Part shown: positions 61,277 through 64,000 of the stretch, one piece after another
How positions within the stretch are numbered: position 1 is the first letter of the stretch
Layout: each line of letters starts with the position of its first letter
From: Candidatus Latescibacterota bacterium
Lineage (GTDB): Bacteria > Latescibacterota > UBA2968 > GCA-2709665
Direction of reading: 5' to 3'
Assembly: GCA_963667175.2 (NCBI GenBank)
Contig: CAXXXF010000004.1
Location: 288,001 to 352,000, forward strand
Length of the DNA: 64,000 nucleotides
Program-made: the position numbers and the translations under genes
The notes under the pieces: generated by a model
What the model was told of the DNA's origin: nothing
The model's database searches: none
The model's input: only the letters and a program-made list of their open reading frames with translations

Positions 61277-63688
61277 TCACTCGTCTCTGAGCGTATCGGC
61301 CGGATTCAGCGTTGCGGCCACATAGGTCTTGCAGCTGACTGCGAGCATAACAAAGGCAGACGCCAAAACGCCGCCTGCGATAATGGGTGCGATCAGGTCG
61401 ATTCTATAGACGAAACTCTGAAGCCACTCCCTTAACGCGAAGTAAGCGACGGGTCCGGCGCCGATGGCAGCCAGGATGACGATTTTCGTGAAGTCAATCG
61501 AAAGGCGCACCATCAGACGGGAAATGGACGTGCCGAACACCCTTCGGATTCCGATTTCCTTTGTCCTCCGGGCGACGGAGAAAGAGGTCAGACCAAAGGC
61601 GCCGAGACAAGCAAGACCCAATGCGAGAATTGCCGGGAGTCGAATGGCGTTCAGCCATTTTTCATCCTTCTTGTATTGGTCCCTCAGTTCGTCTTCGAGA
61701 AACCCGGCTCGAAAGGGCTGAGACGGCGCGATTTCCTGCCATTCCTTGCGTAAAATATCAAGGATGTCTCCGTTCTCGCCGGACGTCGACACAACGAATA
61801 ACAGGTCACAATACTCGGGTTCCAGGAAAATGACCGCGGGCGCCACCTGCTTGTGGAAGGACTTGAAGTGGAAGTCTCTGACCACGCCGATAATTGGCGC
61901 GTCTCCGTTGCCGTTCCAGTCGACGACCCGGTTTGCAGCGCTTTGCCATCCAAGCTGCTTCATGAGGGCCTGATTGATAATGACGGCGTTGCGGTCGGTC
62001 GATAGCAACCTGGAAAAATCCCTGCCCTCCATCATCGGAAACTCGAGTGTCTTCAAGAAACCATAGTCCACGGCAATCGTCTCCACGCCATGGACTTTCC
62101 TGCCCTCAGCTTCGGCAAAGCCGCCGATTGACTTTCGATTGCTGAGTGGATGTTGTCCCCGGGCAACGCCGATGACGTTCGGATATGATTCTATTTTCCG
62201 CGCATAAACATCCACCAGGCCCGGCGAAGATTCCCGCAATCCCCCGGTTTGGACGGCAATGACGCCGTCCGTACGGAAGCCTGGGTTCTTGTTTACAAGG
62301 AGATTGAGCTGGGCCGCCATCCCAAGGGCGCCCATCATCATGGTCATTGACATTGCCAACTGGATTACGAGCAGCATCCGCATGAGAAAACCGGGATTTA
62401 CGCTCTCGGGCCGGGCATATAGGACGTCGGCCGGCTCCAGGCGGGATAACGCCAGGGCAGGATATAGGCCAGCCCCTGTGCCAACGGCCACGGTGAGAAG
62501 AAGAACGAACAGCAACGTTGTAACGCTCAACTGCCCGGACATGCTGATCTTGGCCCCGACAAGGGAATTGAAGTGCGGCAGGATCGCGCTCACCAGTCCA
62601 AGGCCAATAACAAGGGCCATCAGCGCCATCAATACCGATTCCATGAGGAACTGAGACATAAACTGACGCTTTCCGGCGCCGAAAAGCCGGCGAACGCCCG
62701 CTTCTTTTGCGCGAGATAACCCGCGGCCGATGGCCAGTGCCGAATAGTTGACGCTCGAAATCGTAATCACAACGAGCGCGATTCCGAGAAAGACGTAGAT
62801 GTACACCGGATTGATTGCTCGTTCCACGCCGAAAGCGTGCGGGTCGAAACGCATTTCCTTAAGAGGTTGCAGCGACATGCTTATCTGAGCGGTTGCCGGC
62901 AGCCCCTGTGCTCGTTGTACGATTTCGGGCAGCCTGTCCTCAATATTTCGAGGCTCCATATGGTCGGGTAAGAAGACAAACGTCGTGGCGACGGGAACCA
63001 TCCACAAACCGAAATTCGGAGTTTCACGTGCGGAATCGGAGGGCGACCCTTCCTTCGCCACAACACGAACGTTTACAGATACCCATGAGTTCAGTAACTC
63101 ATCCGCGGCATCGGCGGGTACCAGACAATCGAACACAAGGCTGGAGTTCTCCGGAAGTCTTGACAGCACCCCGGTGACCGTATATGCCCTTCCCTTGTCT
63201 ATGGTAATGACCTCGCCCACCGGGTTTGTGCCCGGAAACAGTCTTCTCGCCACCTTCTCGGTGATCACAATTGAACGCACGTCGCGGAGCGCGGTTGACG
63301 CATCTCCGATGACCATTGGAAACGAAAAGACGTCCAGAAACGAGGGATCCACGTAACTCACCCGAAATCTCAACGACTTTTCCCCGAACGAGACAGAACC
63401 ACTGCGCTTGAAAATCCGCACCACCGTGACATCCGGCAACTCATGCGCAATGGCGGGCCCGAGAGGCCACGCTGTCCGGCTCATGCTTCGATCGCCGAAT
63501 TTCTGGTTGATTCTGTAGATGCGCTCCGCATTGACGTGAAAGTGATCGTAGGTCAACTCGTTGTATGCAAATACAACGGCAAGCATTCCGAATGCGAGCG
63601 CGACGGACAGTCCTCCGAGATTGATCAACGAAACCAGTTTGCTCTTGAACAAGCTTCTGAAAGCAAGTGTCATGTAGTTGCGCAACAT
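61277..63688 (-). CDS. MacB/FtsX-type duplicated ABC transporter permease
   Basis: MLRNY..AFRSL, INLGGLS, YDHFH, RAKEAGVR, IIGVVRDFH, RRTKEIGIR, NPADTLRDE. Confidence 0.93.
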   Translation of the reverse strand: MLRNYMTLAFRSLFKSKLVSLINLGGLSVALAFGMLAVVFAYNELTYDHFHVNAERIYRINQKFGDRSMSRTAWPLGPAIAHELPDVTVVRIFKRSGSVSFGEKSLRFRVSYVDPSFLDVFSFPMVIGDASTALRDVRSIVITEKVARRLFPGTNPVGEVITIDKGRAYTVTGVLSRLPENSSLVFDCLVPADAADELLNSWVSVNVRVVAKEGSPSDSARETPNFGLWMVPVATTFVFLPDHMEPRNIEDRLPEIVQRAQGLPATAQISMSLQPLKEMRFDPHAFGVERAINPVYIYVFLGIALVVITISSVNYSALAIGRGLSRAKEAGVRRLFGAGKRQFMSQFLMESVLMALMALVIGLGLVSAILPHFNSLVGAKISMSGQLSVTTLLFVLLLTVAVGTGAGLYPALALSRLEPADVLYARPESVNPGFLMRMLLVIQLAMSMTMMMGALGMAAQLNLLVNKNPGFRTDGVIAVQTGGLRESSPGLVDVYARKIESYPNVIGVARGQHPLSNRKSIGGFAEAEGRKVHGVETIAVDYGFLKTLEFPMMEGRDFSRLLSTDRNAVIINQALMKQLGWQSAANRVVDWNGNGDAPIIGVVRDFHFKSFHKQVAPAVIFLEPEYCDLLFVVSTSGENGDILDILRKEWQEIAPSQPFRAGFLEDELRDQYKKDEKWLNAIRLPAILALGLACLGAFGLTSFSVARRTKEIGIRRVFGTSISRLMVRLSIDFTKIVILAAIGAGPVAYFALREWLQSFVYRIDLIAPIIAGGVLASAFVMLAVSCKTYVAATLNPADTLRDE

Positions 63689-63742
63689 CGTTCCAGCTCC
63701 CTTCCGGCCGATCGAACCCGTGACGGGTCTTGTCCGCCAATC

Positions 63743-63814
63743 CTATTCCGCGATGACGAACCCGGCGTCCTTCTCGGCGGTTTCACCGCTGTTCACGTCC
63801 CTGACGGTGACATT
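63743..63814 (-). pseudogene. C-terminal remnant of a GWxTD gene
   Basis: NVTVRDVNSGETAEKDAGFVIAE* aligns with NVSINDMNSGETAEKDVVFVISR* (37661 gene); in-frame TAG just upstream. Confidence 0.75.
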
Positions 63815-63855
63815 CGTGAATCTCTATTCGGCAGGTGACCGGGCGCCGCAAATAG

Positions 63856-64000
63856 CTAAGGTGTGTACGCCAGGATCTGATCCATCGTTTCTCCGTTTCT
63901 TGTTCCGCCGATAACCAGTACACGCCCGTCGCGAAGCACCGTCACCGTGTACAGGCTGTAGTCTCGCCCGATACTGTCGCCTGTGGGATGAAATGTCCCG
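63856..64000 (-). CDS. Kelch-repeat protein 6, C-terminus only (5' end outside window)
   Basis: Manual translation GTFHPTGDSIG..YTVTVLRDGRVLVIGG..DQILAYTP*. Confidence 0.8.
   Translation of the reverse strand, partial: GTFHPTGDSIGRDYSLYTVTVLRDGRVLVIGGTRNGETMDQILAYTP

Noticed and set aside
1-64000. tRNA, rRNA or known riboswitch
   Set aside because: No recognisable cloverleaf, rRNA or riboswitch consensus by eye; an Rfam scan would be needed to exclude them

Overview
GC-rich bacterial window; its gene content (GWxTD proteins, Kelch lipoproteins, dense palindromic repeats) suggests a Latescibacterota/Gemmatimonadota-like organism, which is inference only. 1-22 kb is mostly metabolic and housekeeping: folE2, cutC, a heparinase-type lyase, recJ, oxidoreductases and a split PspA/YbjN/DUF4178 plus DUF350/SpeE module. 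22.2-26.8 kb is an AT-rich island with an IS1595-type transposase lacking all three catalytic residues, a NYN nuclease with a structured leader, and an IS3. 27.5-64 kb is an almost entirely minus-strand paralog array: six Kelch-repeat genes (five with visible lipoboxes), five TPR-GWxTD proteins plus two remnants, and a MacB-type permease. It is interrupted by a TIR-less, probably rolling-circle-type element, a Fic gene, a complete group II intron and an IS110. Highlights: a duplicated leader (7-codon uORF plus terminator) ahead of GWxTD genes; an intron and an IS110 inserted at nearly the same position of two copies of one repeat; and nested mini-palindromes. No rRNA, tRNA or CRISPR array was seen. 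All alignments were done by eye.
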